From the NCBI GenBank assembly GCA_025594325.1, contig JANHCV010000006.1, positions 1,054,001 to 1,118,000 of the forward strand: a DNA stretch of 64,000 bases, read 5' to 3'. The notes under the pieces are model-generated. The model searched no databases and was not told the origin of the DNA. It worked only from the letters and a program-made list of their open reading frames with translations. Positions within the stretch are counted from its first letter, which is position 1. Each line of letters begins with the position of its first letter. This document shows positions 42,592 through 55,213 of this stretch, piece after piece. Source of the DNA: Blastocladiella emersonii ATCC 22665. Lineage: Eukaryota; Fungi; Blastocladiomycota. The position numbers and the translations under genes are program-made.

Positions 42592-45500
42592 ATGTCGACG
42601 CCGGACCTGTTTGCCGCCATGGCCGAGGCCGACAAGGGTGCGCACGATGCATCGAGTGAGTCTGGTCTGCTTGCTGCAGCGCTGACGCCACGCCGCACCC
42701 ACGACGCGTCGTTCATATCGTTCCGCCTCGCATCAGCCGAGGGCATGCGCAACCCGCGGTACCGCAAGTACATCCAGGCGCTCGAGAAGGTGCTCGTGTC
42801 GTTCGACACCATCGCCGAGTGGCCCGACATCATCACGTTCCTGTCGCGCCTCGGCAAGACGATCCAGGCCCACGCCGAGTTCCCCGTTATCCCGGGCAAG
42901 CTCGTCATCTCCAAGCGCCTCGCCCAGTGCCTCAACCCGGCGCTCCCCGCCGGCGTGCACCAGAAGGCGCTCGAGACGTATGTCATCGTGTTCGAGACCA
43001 TCGGGGTACGTGGATCGCTGTGCGAGTTGATCGCACGCTACTCGCTGACACTCACGAATCTCTAGCCAGGCAATCTCGCAAGGGACTCGGCGTTCTGGAC
43101 GTTTGGCCTGTTCCCCTACTTTGCCAACGCGCCCATGTCCGTCAAGGTACGCCCGCTCCTGCCCGCAACACGCTGCGCTGGAAGCTAACCTGTCGGTGAC
43201 CAAGTAGCCGCTGCTCCTGTCGCTCGTCGAGATCCACTTCCTCCCATTACGGCTGCAGCTGCACCCGATCCTTCGCAGCCTCGTCATGGCGCTGCTGCCC
43301 GGTCTCGAGGAAGAGGATAACGAGCACTTTGAAGGCGTACGTCCACCTCGTCCATCATACTCGCACCCGCATGCTCACCGTCGCCCCGTATGTGTAGCAC
43401 CTCCTCCTGCTCGATCGCTTGCAAAAGCAGGTCGACGCCGACTTCTTCTTCCAGACCATGTGGTCGATCGTTGCCTCATCCCCACTCGTGCGCCGCACTG
43501 CGCTGCTTTACCTCAACAAGCGGCTGGCCATGGTGCGCGGCGTTCCCGCGCAGGTCTCGCGCGCCATCTGCGGGTGCTTTGTCGACAAGAACATTCTCGT
43601 GCAGCGTTCCGCGCTCGACCTGATCGTGACGCGGTACCCGCTGCACCGCGCGGCGGCCGAGTTTGCCGAGACCGACCTCGTCTTCATGATGGCCGAGGCC
43701 CTCAAGGTCGTCCTGCGCCGCGACATGTCGCTCAACCGCCGCCTCTACTCGTGGATCCTGGGCGACGAGGAACACTACTTCCAGTCGGTCGCGCGCCCGC
43801 TCCTCTCCAGCTGCTTTCGCCGCGGGTTCGCGTCCAGCGATCCTTCTGTGATTGTCCGCAACATCAAGATCCTCATCTCGCTCCTCGACAAGGACGAGGT
43901 CGGCCGCGGGATCACCGAGGACGTGATCGCGCACGTCCTCGACGCGTGCTGGACCCACGCCCGCGTCGCGTCCACCGCATCGGCAGCCGCTGCCGCGGCG
44001 TCCGAGGACGAGCTCAAGGCCACCGTCACCATGTTCTTCGACATGCTGGACCCGGTCGTCGTGTGGCGCGAGCTCAACCTGCGCCTCGAGCGCACGGGTC
44101 TCGACGCGCTCGATTTCGTGGCCTTCGCCACGCGCTGGCTCGAGCTCGCCGACGACGACGTGCCCAAACTCCACCTCCCGCTCACCGTCATCCACCTCCT
44201 CGGCCTCGTCCACGCGTCCGAGCCCGCGCAGCGCAGTGCCGCGGCCAAGGTGCTCGCGTTCGTCTCCGAGATCATCGCGTCGACGAACCTGCGCCGCGAC
44301 GGCGAGGAGGAGGCCGCGCCCGGCGCGGGCGAGGGCGCCGCGGCACCCGCCCCACTCGCCGCCATAACGCTCGCGAGCGTGCGCACCTTTTTCCAGACGA
44401 GCGGCACCGCCGAGCTGACCGACTGGGTCCCGCTCGCCGCCGTGTTGCGCCCGCTCGAGGACCTGCTCCTGCACCTGTCCCAGCGCGGGAGCGACCCCGC
44501 CGACGTCCCGCTCGTCGCCACGTGCGTCGCATTGCTCCTCTCGCTCAAGTCGCCGCCGCACGACGCCCCCCGCCTCCTCGCGCGGATCCACGACGTGGCC
44601 GACATCGAGCTGATGGTCCCGCTCGTCCGGTTCGCGCTGCAGCTTCCGCGCGACGTGATCGCGCCGCACCACACGGCGCTGATCCGCGAGCTCCTGGCGA
44701 GCCTGCGCACGGGCGCGCCGAACGCGGCGACGGACGCGGAAGCCGTGGAGCTGATCTGGGTGCTGGTCGACACGTTCCCGTCGTCGCTCGCGTCGCTCGT
44801 CGCCGCGGTCCACGCCGGGCTGCGGTCCGAGCCCGGGTTCCACGCATTCGGCGTGCTGTGGAAGCACTCGCAGGCGCGGCCGCGCGTCGGGCGCGTGTTC
44901 AGCGAGCCGCTGCTCGCGGTGCTGACGGCGTACGGCGGACCCTCGCGCGCGCTGTGGCGCGTCGCCGACCGGTGGATCGCGCGGTACCTCCTGTCGTACA
45001 CGCACCTGCTCGACCCGCTGGTTCTGATCCTGGCTGATCCGCTGGTCGAGCGGCGCGCGGTCGCGCACCCGATGGGCGGCGGCGCCGAGTACTACGAGTA
45101 CGCGCGGCCCGTCGACTTTGCGCTCGTCGAGTTCGCGTTCCACCAGCTCGGCGTGCTCGGCGAGATCGCCGGGTCGCAGCTGCCCAAGGCCCTGCGCCAC
45201 CCGATGCCGAGTCCCGCCACCACCACCTACTTTCAGTACCTCCTCGACGCCGCCATCACGTACCTCGCGTCTTTCACGGCGCCCGGGACCAACGCGACCC
45301 TGGTCGAGGCCAACGAGGGCGTACAGACGGCCGCGTGCGATTTTCTCGTGCACCTCCTGCAGACGCCCGGCCACGCGACGGCCGCGCTGCACGCGCGCGT
45401 CCGACAGACGCTCGCGGTCGTCCTCCACGTCTGCCAGTCGCGCCAGTCGCTCGAGTTGCAGGTCAAGGTCCTACACCCGCTGCGTCTCGCGCTCGCGGGC

Positions 45501-48014
45501 GTCCCCGTCCCGACCTCGGGCCTGCGCCGCGGTACCGTGCTCGGGTCCAACCTCGCGCTGAGTTCTGTCGAGAACGAGGGGTCCACCCGCCACCTCGCCG
45601 TCGACACGGCCTCCGCGCAGCCCGCCCCGCTCGGCGGCGCCATGGCCGAGCTCGTCGACGCGGTCCTGGTCGGCGCGCTGACGCAGGCGACGAACCGGCC
45701 GGTGCTCGCGAGCTACGTCGACTTTATCGTCGATGCGACGCACCACCTGACGGACCTGCTGCCGGCGCTGCTCAACGTGCTGGTTCAGTCGCTCGTGGCG
45801 GCAGCCGCGCGCAACCGCGACGAGAACACAATCGTCGCGTACCTCCGCGGCGTCCAGCACCTGTACTCGCTCGCGCTTGGCCAGGCCATGCCGCCGGTGC
45901 TTTCGGCGATTGACGGGCCGGGCGACGCGGCGTCGGTTGCGTCCGAGAGCGCGTCCGGGCTGTCCCAGATCTCGCAGTACATGACGGGCGTCTTCTCGCC
46001 CAACTCGGGCAACAACGCGGCAGCGGCGGCGGCGAGTGCAAGGACAACGCACTGGCTGTTCAAGCACGCGGTGCAGACGTTCCCGCAGCTCGTCGATCTG
46101 CTGGTCGCGACGCACGCGCGGCTCGCGGCGCACGCCGCGGACAGCAGCACCCGCGGCCAGCCCCCTTCGGCGGCGCGCGTGCACGTCCTGCGCGCGACCA
46201 AGCGGCGGCTCGACCGGCTCGTCGAGTACGTGGCGCTGGCGTGTCCGAACGCGTGGGTCGACGCGGTGCTCCTCGACCGCGCGCTCAACGGGCGGTCGCT
46301 CGACGCGTCGCTCGTCGCGTGCCACATGGAGACCGAGGACTTCCAGGCGGCCGCCATGACCAACGTGCTGCGGCGGCTGACGCCCGGCGCGCCCGAGGTG
46401 CTCCTCCCCGAGCTCGGCGAGGACCAGGCGCTCGCGACCATCGTCGACATTGCGCGGTCCGGCGACACCATGTACGTCAGCACGTGGCCGCAGGTGCAGC
46501 TGTTTGTCCGCGACTACCTCACGCTGCACCACGGGTGGGTCGGCCCGCCGATCCTCGAGCTCGTGATCCTGTACACGGGGCATATCGTCGACCTCCACCA
46601 CCAGCAGGCGCTCGGCGACCGGCGTATGGCCAAGGAGGCGCTCGACTTGTTCATGCGCGCGCTGGACTCGCTCAACACGACGCTCGTCGGGTACGTGTTC
46701 CAGTCGCAGCAGCCACCGCAGCAGCAGCAGTCGCCCGAGGCGGGTGTCACGGCGTCGCCGATGCGCAAGTCGGGCAGTCGCGCACGGCTCTCGGCGGGGT
46801 CGGTCAAGGCGCTGCCAGGCGGCAGCGCAGCGGACGCGCTACTGCGTGCGACGCACGAGATGGTGGTCCCCGCGGTGCGCCGGATCGTGCGCGACCAGGA
46901 CCGCGCGTCGGCCGTGTACTCGAACATGGTGCACTACCTGGTTCAGCCGAGCCTCAAGCAGCCGGCTCACCCGACGTACCGCGCGGTGCTGCGGGTCATG
47001 GAGGAGATTGCGCTGATCCCGTTCGCGGCGCGCGCGTGGAAGCGCGAGCTGTGGGACCACTTTCTCGACCACCGCTTCTTCCCGCTGCCCGTGGTCGCCT
47101 TCGAGCCGTGGGCGCACCTCATGACGCGGTACTCGCACGAGACGGACCGGTTCGTCGAGGTTGTGAACCGGATCGCGCCCGCCGCGTCGACGGCGCTGTT
47201 CGGGTCCCGCGAGGTCGAGCTGTTCACGCGGTGCCAGCTGCTGCGCCGGATCAGCTTCCTGCTGTGGTCGTGCGACGTCGACCGCCACGTCCCCTCGCTC
47301 CCCGTGCTCCAGGAGAAGGTGATCGACCTGCTCACGCTGCAGAACGGCGACATGGTCGCCGAGGTGTTCCTCCTCGCCCGCGTCATGGTCCTTAGGTTCT
47401 CGCCCGCGCACATGGTCAACCTGTGGCCGATCCTCGTCTCGGAAATGATGCGCATCGTCGATTCGGCCGCGAGCGCGGCGGTTGCGGCTGCGGCTGCGGC
47501 GGGCGAGGTCAATGGACCGTCCCCCGTCCTCGGGTCCAGCTCGTCCGTGTCGCCCGCGCCGAGCCACGGTAGCGACGCGGGCGGCAGCGGCGGCGGGCTC
47601 AAGCGCGACGACCTCCTCGCGACGCTCGCCGTCGGCAAATTCCTCGACCTGCTCCTGACGCTGCAGCTGCCCGAGTTCCAGATCTACCAGCCCGTGTTTG
47701 CCGGCGAGGGCGCGGCGCCCGGCCTGCTGCACGCGCTGCTCGGGTCCCCGCCCATGGGACTTGGTGGTGGCGGTCGCGCCCTCGGCTCGCAGAGTTCATT
47801 GCGCGACGCGAGCGGGCGCGCCAAGCCGCCACCGACGCGGCGGCGACCGTCCCTGCACCTCGGCACGCTCCCGTCGCTGGCCGACCTCGCGCCGTTTATC
47901 CACGAGTACTCGGCGCTCGCGCGGCAGGTCGACTACGGGCTCGCCGACGTCGACGGCGCCGCGGTCGAGGCGGTCATGATGCAGGACCTGATTGCGGGGA
48001 TCCCGCGGAAATAG
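42592..48014 (+). CDS. DOP1: Dopey (Dop1/Pad-1) membrane-trafficking protein, multi-exon
   Basis: Dopey N-terminal signature RYRKYIQALEKVLVSFDTIAEWPDIITFLSRL...ISKRLAQCLNPALPAGVHQKALETY; RRDMSLNRRLYSW; C-terminal AWKRELWD, LRRISF, LWPILVSE. Confidence 0.93.
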
Positions 48015-48250
48015 TAGAGGAGTCGAGTGTATTTTGATGCCCACAATAGACGCACCCTCGAGTTTGGCGTGATGGAAGCAGTGATCGGAGGTCCGGGGCG
48101 GCGATGGGTGTGGCAGGCGCCGCTCGGCCCTCTGCCAAATCTCGACGATCAACGTTGCACCCGCACCACCTCTACGACGGCGTACGGCCACCACGAAGCA
48201 CATCTGCGCCGCGCCACCTACTGCAACGCATCGACGCCGCCAAGCCCGCC

Positions 48251-48613
48251 ATGAGCTTCCTGCTGTCCGCCGTCCGCGGCGCCGCCATCTCGCGGTCGCC
48301 CTTTGCCGCCCTGCGCGCTACCGCCGCTGCCACCACGCCGACGCCGCTTCTGTCGTCCGTCACGCCATTGGCGTCGCCCGCTCTGAACCCCGCCGGGTCG
48401 CTGCTCGGCCGCTGGGGCGTGAACGGCGCCGGCGCCGGCGCTGGCGCCATGCCCGTGCAGGCGCGGTTCATGGGCAAGTTCGGCACCGAGTACCAGCCGT
48501 CCATCATCCGCCGCAAGCGCAAGTGGGGGTTCCTCGCCCGCATCAAGTCGCGCCTCGGCCGCAACATTGTCGCGCGCCGGATCCTCAAGGGCCGCAAGTA
48601 CGTGAGCCACTAG
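48251..48613 (+). CDS. MRPL34: Mitochondrial ribosomal protein bL34m
   Basis: Presequence-like N-terminus plus GTEYQPSIIRRKRKWGFLARIKSRLGRNIVARRILKGRKYVSH. Confidence 0.92.
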   Translation: MSFLLSAVRGAAISRSPFAALRATAAATTPTPLLSSVTPLASPALNPAGSLLGRWGVNGAGAGAGAMPVQARFMGKFGTEYQPSIIRRKRKWGFLARIKSRLGRNIVARRILKGRKYVSH

Positions 48614-48687
48614 AGGTTGTTGCTCCTGCTACCGTTTTGTATTTCCACACACCTCCCCACCAAACATAGTTGCCCCTTTCCGTATTG

Positions 48688-49368
48688 CTACACGCCGCCC
48701 ACGATCGCCGCCGCCACCGCGACCATCGCTGCCCCCGCGCCGCTCATGGCGAGCGCGCCCGCGCCAGACGACGGCTGGAACACCTGGACGCCCTCGGCCG
48801 GTGTCGTCGCCTCGAGACTGTTCTTTTTCGCGGACGTCGGCGCGTCCTGGTCGACCCACCGCTCGTCGGGGTCGACCCACACGGTATCGATCCCCGCCGC
48901 GACGGCCGCGCGGCACGACGCCGACACCTGCATGCCGAGCGACAGCTTGAACTGGCGGATCGCGGGGATCGCCCCGTTCGTGATCCCGTCCGCGGCGAGC
49001 GTTGCGCCAGCGTCGGGCTTGAGCTTGCTGACGTCCGCCGCCGTGTTCTCGGCGGCCGTCGCCGTGACCGTCGGACCGTGGCACCCGGGCCGGTTCGTGC
49101 AGATGTAGCTGCGGTGCGCGAAATCGCAGTTGCACTTGTGGAACTGCGCCTGCGTCGCGGCCGTGTTGAGGCGCGGGCAGTTGGACCCGCGGTCGCTCGC
49201 GCGCAGCAGCAGGCAGGTGTTGATGGCCGAGATGACGGGGACGGGGCACGATGGGACCGTCGACGGCTGGATCAGGAGGACCGTCGGGTCGGTGACGGGG
49301 CCCGACGCCGCCGTGGCCAGCGTGATGACCAAGGCGAGGAGTGTGCTGAGTGTCGCGAGGAGCTTCAT
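48688..49368 (-). CDS. Secreted, Cys-containing, probably GPI-anchored protein (226 aa)
   Basis: Signal peptide MKLLATLSTLLALVITLATA; eight Cys; small-residue omega-like site (SSGAGA) followed by a hydrophobic C-terminus. Confidence 0.75.
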   Translation of the reverse strand: MKLLATLSTLLALVITLATAASGPVTDPTVLLIQPSTVPSCPVPVISAINTCLLLRASDRGSNCPRLNTAATQAQFHKCNCDFAHRSYICTNRPGCHGPTVTATAAENTAADVSKLKPDAGATLAADGITNGAIPAIRQFKLSLGMQVSASCRAAVAAGIDTVWVDPDERWVDQDAPTSAKKNSLEATTPAEGVQVFQPSSGAGALAMSGAGAAMVAVAAAIVGGV

Positions 49369-49544
49369 CGTATCTGTGCATCGTCTAGGGAGAGAGAGGA
49401 GCGAGAAGGAAGGCCACAAAGTTGAAGAGAGCGGACCGACTTTAGTGGGAGACATTTGGAGGGTCGGGAGACAGTGATACACAAGAACGAATCTATACAC
49501 AACGCTCTTCTGATGGAACAGAATATCAACCAACCAACCAATCA

Positions 49545-52500
49545 TCAATGCGTCGTCGACGCCGTGGCCACCGACGACCCTGCCGCCAGCGACGAGCTGG
49601 ACCCGGACCGCGACCTACTTGCTGCCCTGGCCGCGACCGCCGCGGCATGCCCGTTCGGCGGCGTCCGCCTTCCCCCACTACCCGTCCGCCTTGCGCCGCC
49701 CGACCGCGTGCGCGCGGGGACCTCGGTGATCCGGAGGAGGTAGTTGGACGCGATGATAGCCGAGGCGGTGCGCGAGCGGACGACGGGGTGCGCGGCGAGG
49801 TGTGGCGGGAGCGCCGTGTTGTGGGTGAGGACGTGGGTGACGGCGTCCGGGTTGGCGTCGGGGTCCCACGAGTGCACGAGGCTCGCGCCGCCGGCAATCA
49901 ACAAATTGCGGTACGACGACAGCATCTTGGCGCTGTCGGCGAGCATCCACACGCGCCAGTCCTGGAACGCGCCGCGGTGGAACTGCGGGAACGAGTGGAC
50001 CCGCTCGAACCAGTGTCGCCACCCTTGGATCAGGTCGCGCGCCTTCTTTGGGTCTACGTCGCGACGCGAGTGTGTTGTCAGTGCCGCGGTCACCACGGTA
50101 GCGACGAGGCGACGGACGTACCGAAGCCGAGCGTCACCCGCCCGTGCCGCTCGAAGATGGCCGTGAGCTGGTCGGGCGGGAGCGCGGCCCACGAGTAGTC
50201 GGCCTCGTCGAGGAACCGGCCCGCGGCGTACGACGCGTCGAGGTACTCTGGCCGAAGGAGCCACGCGCCCGACGCGATCGCGCACATGCACTTTTCGCAG
50301 GTGATCGGGATCGAGATGACCAGGTGCGTCGTGCCGGGCACCCACTGCGACTGCATGTTCCCGTCGAGCATGAACTCGCCGCCGAGCTGCTGGATCAGTA
50401 CACGGGGAGGCGAATACGGCAGTGTCAGTTTGGCGTGAATGTGCATGTGCAGCGAGCTCGAGGAGAAAGTACGTATCATTCTCGTAATGCTGGCGCTGCG
50501 GCGTCAGCCCAGAGATGGCGATCCGGAACCCGCGCGGCCGCGGCTGCTGCTCGGCCTGGTACGTGGTCGCGCGCTTTTCGATGACCGGGTTGGCCGGCGC
50601 GCCGTTCGGAAGCTGCGGGTACCCGCCGCCGTTGGCCCCCGCCGGGTCGCCGCCGCCAACTGCGGCCGCGATCCCGTCGCGCCGCACGAGCGGCTGGTCG
50701 ACGGCGGCAACGTACGCGGACGACGTGTCGGACTGCATCGACTCTGCGCCACCGCCGACACCAGGGTTTGCGCGCGTGGCGGGGTCGACGGCGGGACCCG
50801 CGACCGAGGTGGTGTCCGACCGCGACCGGCGCTGGCGGAGCGGAACCGAGACGGACGTCGTGGTGGTCGTCGAGGCCGATCCGTCGCCGCCGGCGCCAGC
50901 AGCTGCACTGTCGCTGCGCAGCTCCGCATCCATTTCCGCGATCGACCGTTTCCGCCGCTTTGACCGGCCCGTCGCCGCGCTGCCGACCGACGACGGCCCA
51001 CTGGCCGCTGTGCCCGTCTCGAGAATCGACGTCGTGACGCCCGCGGGAGACGAGACGGCGGACGCGGACGCAGCCGTGGGCAGGACGACAGTCGGCGGTC
51101 CCGACGCGCTGTCATCGACGGCGCCGCGGGCGCCCGCCGACGGCAGCGTCATGGACGGCGGCGAGGATCGGGGCGGTTGATGCGCGGCACCGGCGACAGC
51201 GGGCGACGAGCTCGCGGAACTCGACGACGCCTCGTCGATGAGCGCGAGCAGCCGGCGCTTGTTGCGCTCGGCCTCGGGGTCGTCGTAGTAGACGCGGATC
51301 TGCGGCGGAGGCGACGGCGGCTGCGAGTACAGCGGGGTCTGGTCGGCGAGCGGCGCCGTGAGGTACGTCGGCGACGGGAGGAGCGTCGACCAGTCGTACT
51401 TGCGCGATGGGTCCGACGCAGCGGCGGCCGCAGCAGCAGCATCGACCGCGACGGCGTCAGGAGACCCGACGGCAGCGGCGGGGGACGCAGCGGTCCCCGG
51501 CACGACCGGCAGCTGCGCGAGAATGGCCTCGAGCTCACGTTGGACGCGGTCGTGCATCGCCGCGTGCTCGCGCTCGGCCTGCGCGCGTTCCGCTTCGGTG
51601 CGCACCTGCGCCTCGGCTCGCGCTCGCTCCTCGTCGTGAGCGCGTGCGGAAGCGGGGAACGAGTCGTCGGCTCCCGCGACGTACGCAGCGCGAGCCGGCG
51701 TATGGTCGGGTTGAGAAACACGCGACGGCGGTGGTGGAGGCACGCGCGCGGGCGAGGACGACGCGGCGACGGGCGGCTGGTGCGCAGGAAGCTCGTCGTA
51801 CTCTGCGTGTGGATCAGATGGTCGCGCCGGCGAGACATGCTCGTCGCCCGCATACGCGTTCTGCTGAGGCGGTGGTGGTGCTGGCGGAGATGGCGGGGGC
51901 GGCGGGAGGGGGTCCTGGTGCTGCTGCTCGTGGAACTCGGCGGCGCCATAGTCGACGGGCGCAGCAGCCGCGAACATCGAGTGGCCGGGCCACGCGTCGC
52001 GCGCAAACGAGCTTGCATCGATCGGTGCTGGCCGCGACGGCGTGTCGACGAGCCGACCACCGCCGGGCTGCTGGTAACGTCGCGCCGGCGTGACGGACCC
52101 GGCGACCGTTGAGCGGCTCGACTGTACGGCCGCGCCGGCCGAGCGGCTACGCGCTGGCGCCGACGGCGTGGTGAAGGGCGTCGCGGCAGCCGAGGCAGGC
52201 ACGGACCCCTTCGTGCGCGCGCGCTTGGTCGCGGACGCGCGTGCGGCGGGCACCACCTCGGTGCGCCACTGCAGCATGGCCTCGGCGCCGGCGGGGCCGA
52301 AATCGAGCTCGGCGGCGCCGCGTTTCTGCGACCGCGTGGTGCTGGGCGTCGTGACGCCGCTGCCGGCCGAGTGCGGGTGGCCCGTGGTGTAGACACGCGC
52401 GGGCGTCTCGGTCGCGACGCGGTACACTTCGAGCGGGCGTACGCCGCGCGTCAGGCGCAGTTGCCGCGACGGGTCGTAGTTGGGCGGGTACTCGGCTTCG

Positions 52501-54805
52501 GGGAGGCGGCGGTGCGCTTGCGCACACTAGATAGGCGAGAGTACGGGTCAGCCGCGGGTGGCGGAGCGGTGAGAGTCGCGCGAGTACCTCGACGACCCAC
52601 CACGGCGAGACAATGTGCTTGCCGTTCTGGCGGCCGAGCTTGACCTCGCGGTCGCCGCTGTTGTGAGCGTTCGACGCGGCCTTGCCGTCACCCTGGCTCC
52701 CGCCGAACTTGCCGTTGGAGCCGCTCGAAGGAATGTGCGGTGTCGGATGGCCCGAGCTGTTGATGGCTGTAGTACCAGGTCGGGAGCACATGTTTGGTGC
52801 TGGCGATCCGGGCGCAATATCGACGACGTGGGTGCACTGTTGAGCGAACGCGAGCAGGACCTTGGCGCCGAGCAGGGAGGCCGAGTGGCGCAGCTGCCCG
52901 AGCGACGGATGCGCCTACCGATGAACCAGCAGAGTGAGATTCGCGTCGCATGATGAGCGATGACAGCGCAAACTTACCTTGGTCCGCGCCGAGATAACGA
53001 GCACCGTGCCGTCGAGTACTGGTGGTGGCCGCAGCGTGTACGGGTCGGGGCGAAGGTAAAGGCCCTATGCGATTCCGTCGTCAGTCCGCAAACCAAGTCC
53101 ATCAAGCAGCACACAAGCGTACCGATTTAATCATTTCCGCGATCCACTTGTGCTTGACGGCGGGCACGCTCCACTCGACGGCCTTCTCGAACTTGGACCC
53201 GCGCGCCGCGGCGCACACGAGGTACGACTGCTTGCGGCTGAACTTTTCGCTGACGGCGATACCGAGCGCGCGCATGGCCTCCATGTAGCCGTCGCGCTCC
53301 TTGCCCTCGAGGCCCGTGAGCGACATGGACACGTTGGCGAGTTCTACACGAACGCAGCGAGGTCGCGTTAGTCGCGACAATCGGAATCGCGATGGGTAAG
53401 CCGCATTCGTGCCTGGAATCGGCTTGATGTGCCTTGGCCGGTACAGGATGCTGCTGGCCTCGTCGAGCATCTTCTCGTCCTGGAAATCGCGCACGGATCA
53501 GCCAGACGTACAACTCGCAGCGTGCACGAGAGTCAACGTACGACGAGCACGTCGTTGAGCCAGTACTCGGTGACGAGCCGCGTCGTCTTGGCGTCGTACT
53601 TTTTCGTGAACACGTCGAGGTCGGCGCTGTTGCGAGGCAAGTGAGCAAACCAAACCCCGCTCACGCAAACGTCACAAGAACGCGTACCAGTTGAGCGGAA
53701 GCACGAGAAACCACTCGCGCGCCGTGTACACGCTGCGACTCGCGGGGCCCGACGGCAGAAGGTCGAGGAAGGTGCCGCCGTAGCTTTCGACGAGGGACCG
53801 CATCAGGTTGACGCGGTCGGGCGGGAAGAACTCGGCAGCGAACGCGCAGTGGTTGAGAAAGTGCGGCAGGTTCGGGTCGCCCGCGGGCGGGCCGATCTTG
53901 GGCAGCGCCGGGATCGCGAGCAGCTGCGCGGGCGAAGTCACGGCGGACGACACGGCCGAGTGCGCTCCTCCTGGTGCCGGGTTGCGCGGCGTCTCGGCCT
54001 CGGCGAGGTTGCGAGACAGTTGCGCGACGGGTGGCGTTCTCGCGGATGGAACGCGCGGTGCAGGCTCTGCCGCAGACTGCGGAGCTGGCGGAAGTGCTGG
54101 CGGGGCAGCAGCAGCAGCGGACGGCGGTCGTAGCGCGACCACGTCGCCATCGTCCGTGTCCGAGCCCGACGAGGTGGACGAAATGACTCGGAATCGTGAC
54201 CGAGCCGAGTTCTGCCCGACTCCATTCCCAACGCGCGGCGCCGGTGCAGGTGCAGGTGCAGGTGCAGCTCGCGCCACGTCGGCAGGCGACGAGGAGCGCG
54301 TTTTCTCGCCGATGTGCGGCAGGACGGGCGGCGGCGGGAGCGACGAGACGACCGACGCGACCGAGGATCCCGAGAGCGTGGCGGCGGACGCAGAGACGCG
54401 GGCCGCCGCGATAGACGACGCGGCCTCGCGGCGCCACACGCGGAACTCGGGGTCGTCGTTGGGCACGTTGAACCACGGCGGCGTGTAGGCCGCCAAGTCG
54501 AGGCGAGTGCCGGTGCGCACGCAGTCCTGGAGCCACGCCGTGGTGACGACGGGCGTGCGCCACTTGTGCGCGGCAATGACCTTGGCGCGCTGCGGGGCGG
54601 GGATGATGTTGCGCGAGGCGAGCCACGCGATGGGGACGAGCAGCACGTTGACCTTGCGGTCCATGGACTTGCGGTACTCGCCGCCGAGCGAGTGCACCGT
54701 GTCGCTGGTCCGCTCGCGCTCGGCCTCTTCGAGGCCCGTCGAGCACACGCTGAGACCGTCGAGGACCGAGCTGCGCGTGGCGGCCGCGAGCGAGATGGTG
54801 GTCAT
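49545..54805 (-). CDS. TOPBP1: Multi-BRCT DNA replication/checkpoint scaffold, TOPBP1-like, multi-exon
   Basis: BRCTs: SVCSTGL...HSLGG...W.TPVVTTAWLQDC; SLTGLEG...SKFEKAVEW...WIAE; BRCT6-like KHIVSPWWVVE/C...LPEAEYPPNYDP; AAD-like QIRVYYDDP; BRCT7/8-like THLVISIPITCEK...IASGAWLLRPEYL...DEADYSW and RGAFQDWRV...LLIAGGA. Confidence 0.88.
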
Positions 54806-55213
54806 GGCGAGGGCGCGGCGATGAGGCACAGATTGAGTTGCAGCAAGTCAAGAGTCGATGCGTTGTGTTTTCGTTGCCATTCGTGGTGGTGTGGAGAGGC
54901 TGAGCTGGAGGGCAAGTATCATGTAGACGGTGTGACTCAGTCGCCGCTGTATCACTCCCACGTGCGGCTCCACCGACGCGTCGCGCCATCTTTCGCTCCT
55001 CGCTCCCTCACACGCGCCGACTCAATCCCATCCGGCCATGGAGACTTGCCGCAATGGATGGACTGATGAAGGAAGCTCACGATGCACTCAAATGAAGTTC
55101 GAAAGGGAGAGATAAGGAGAGATTTCATCAACTCTATATTTTGTACATGATCCGGTCGAGATCCGATGAGAAATCAAGCGTCACTATGCCATGCGCGCGC
55201 ACACACACACCCC

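Noticed and set aside
43476-45428. Very long antisense and alternative-frame ORFs (e.g. 650 aa opposite Dopey, 670 aa opposite ABCA, 689 aa opposite haspin, 633 aa opposite the secreted repeat gene)
   Set aside because: Expected shadows of high-GC3 coding sequence, where stop codons are rare on the opposite strand.
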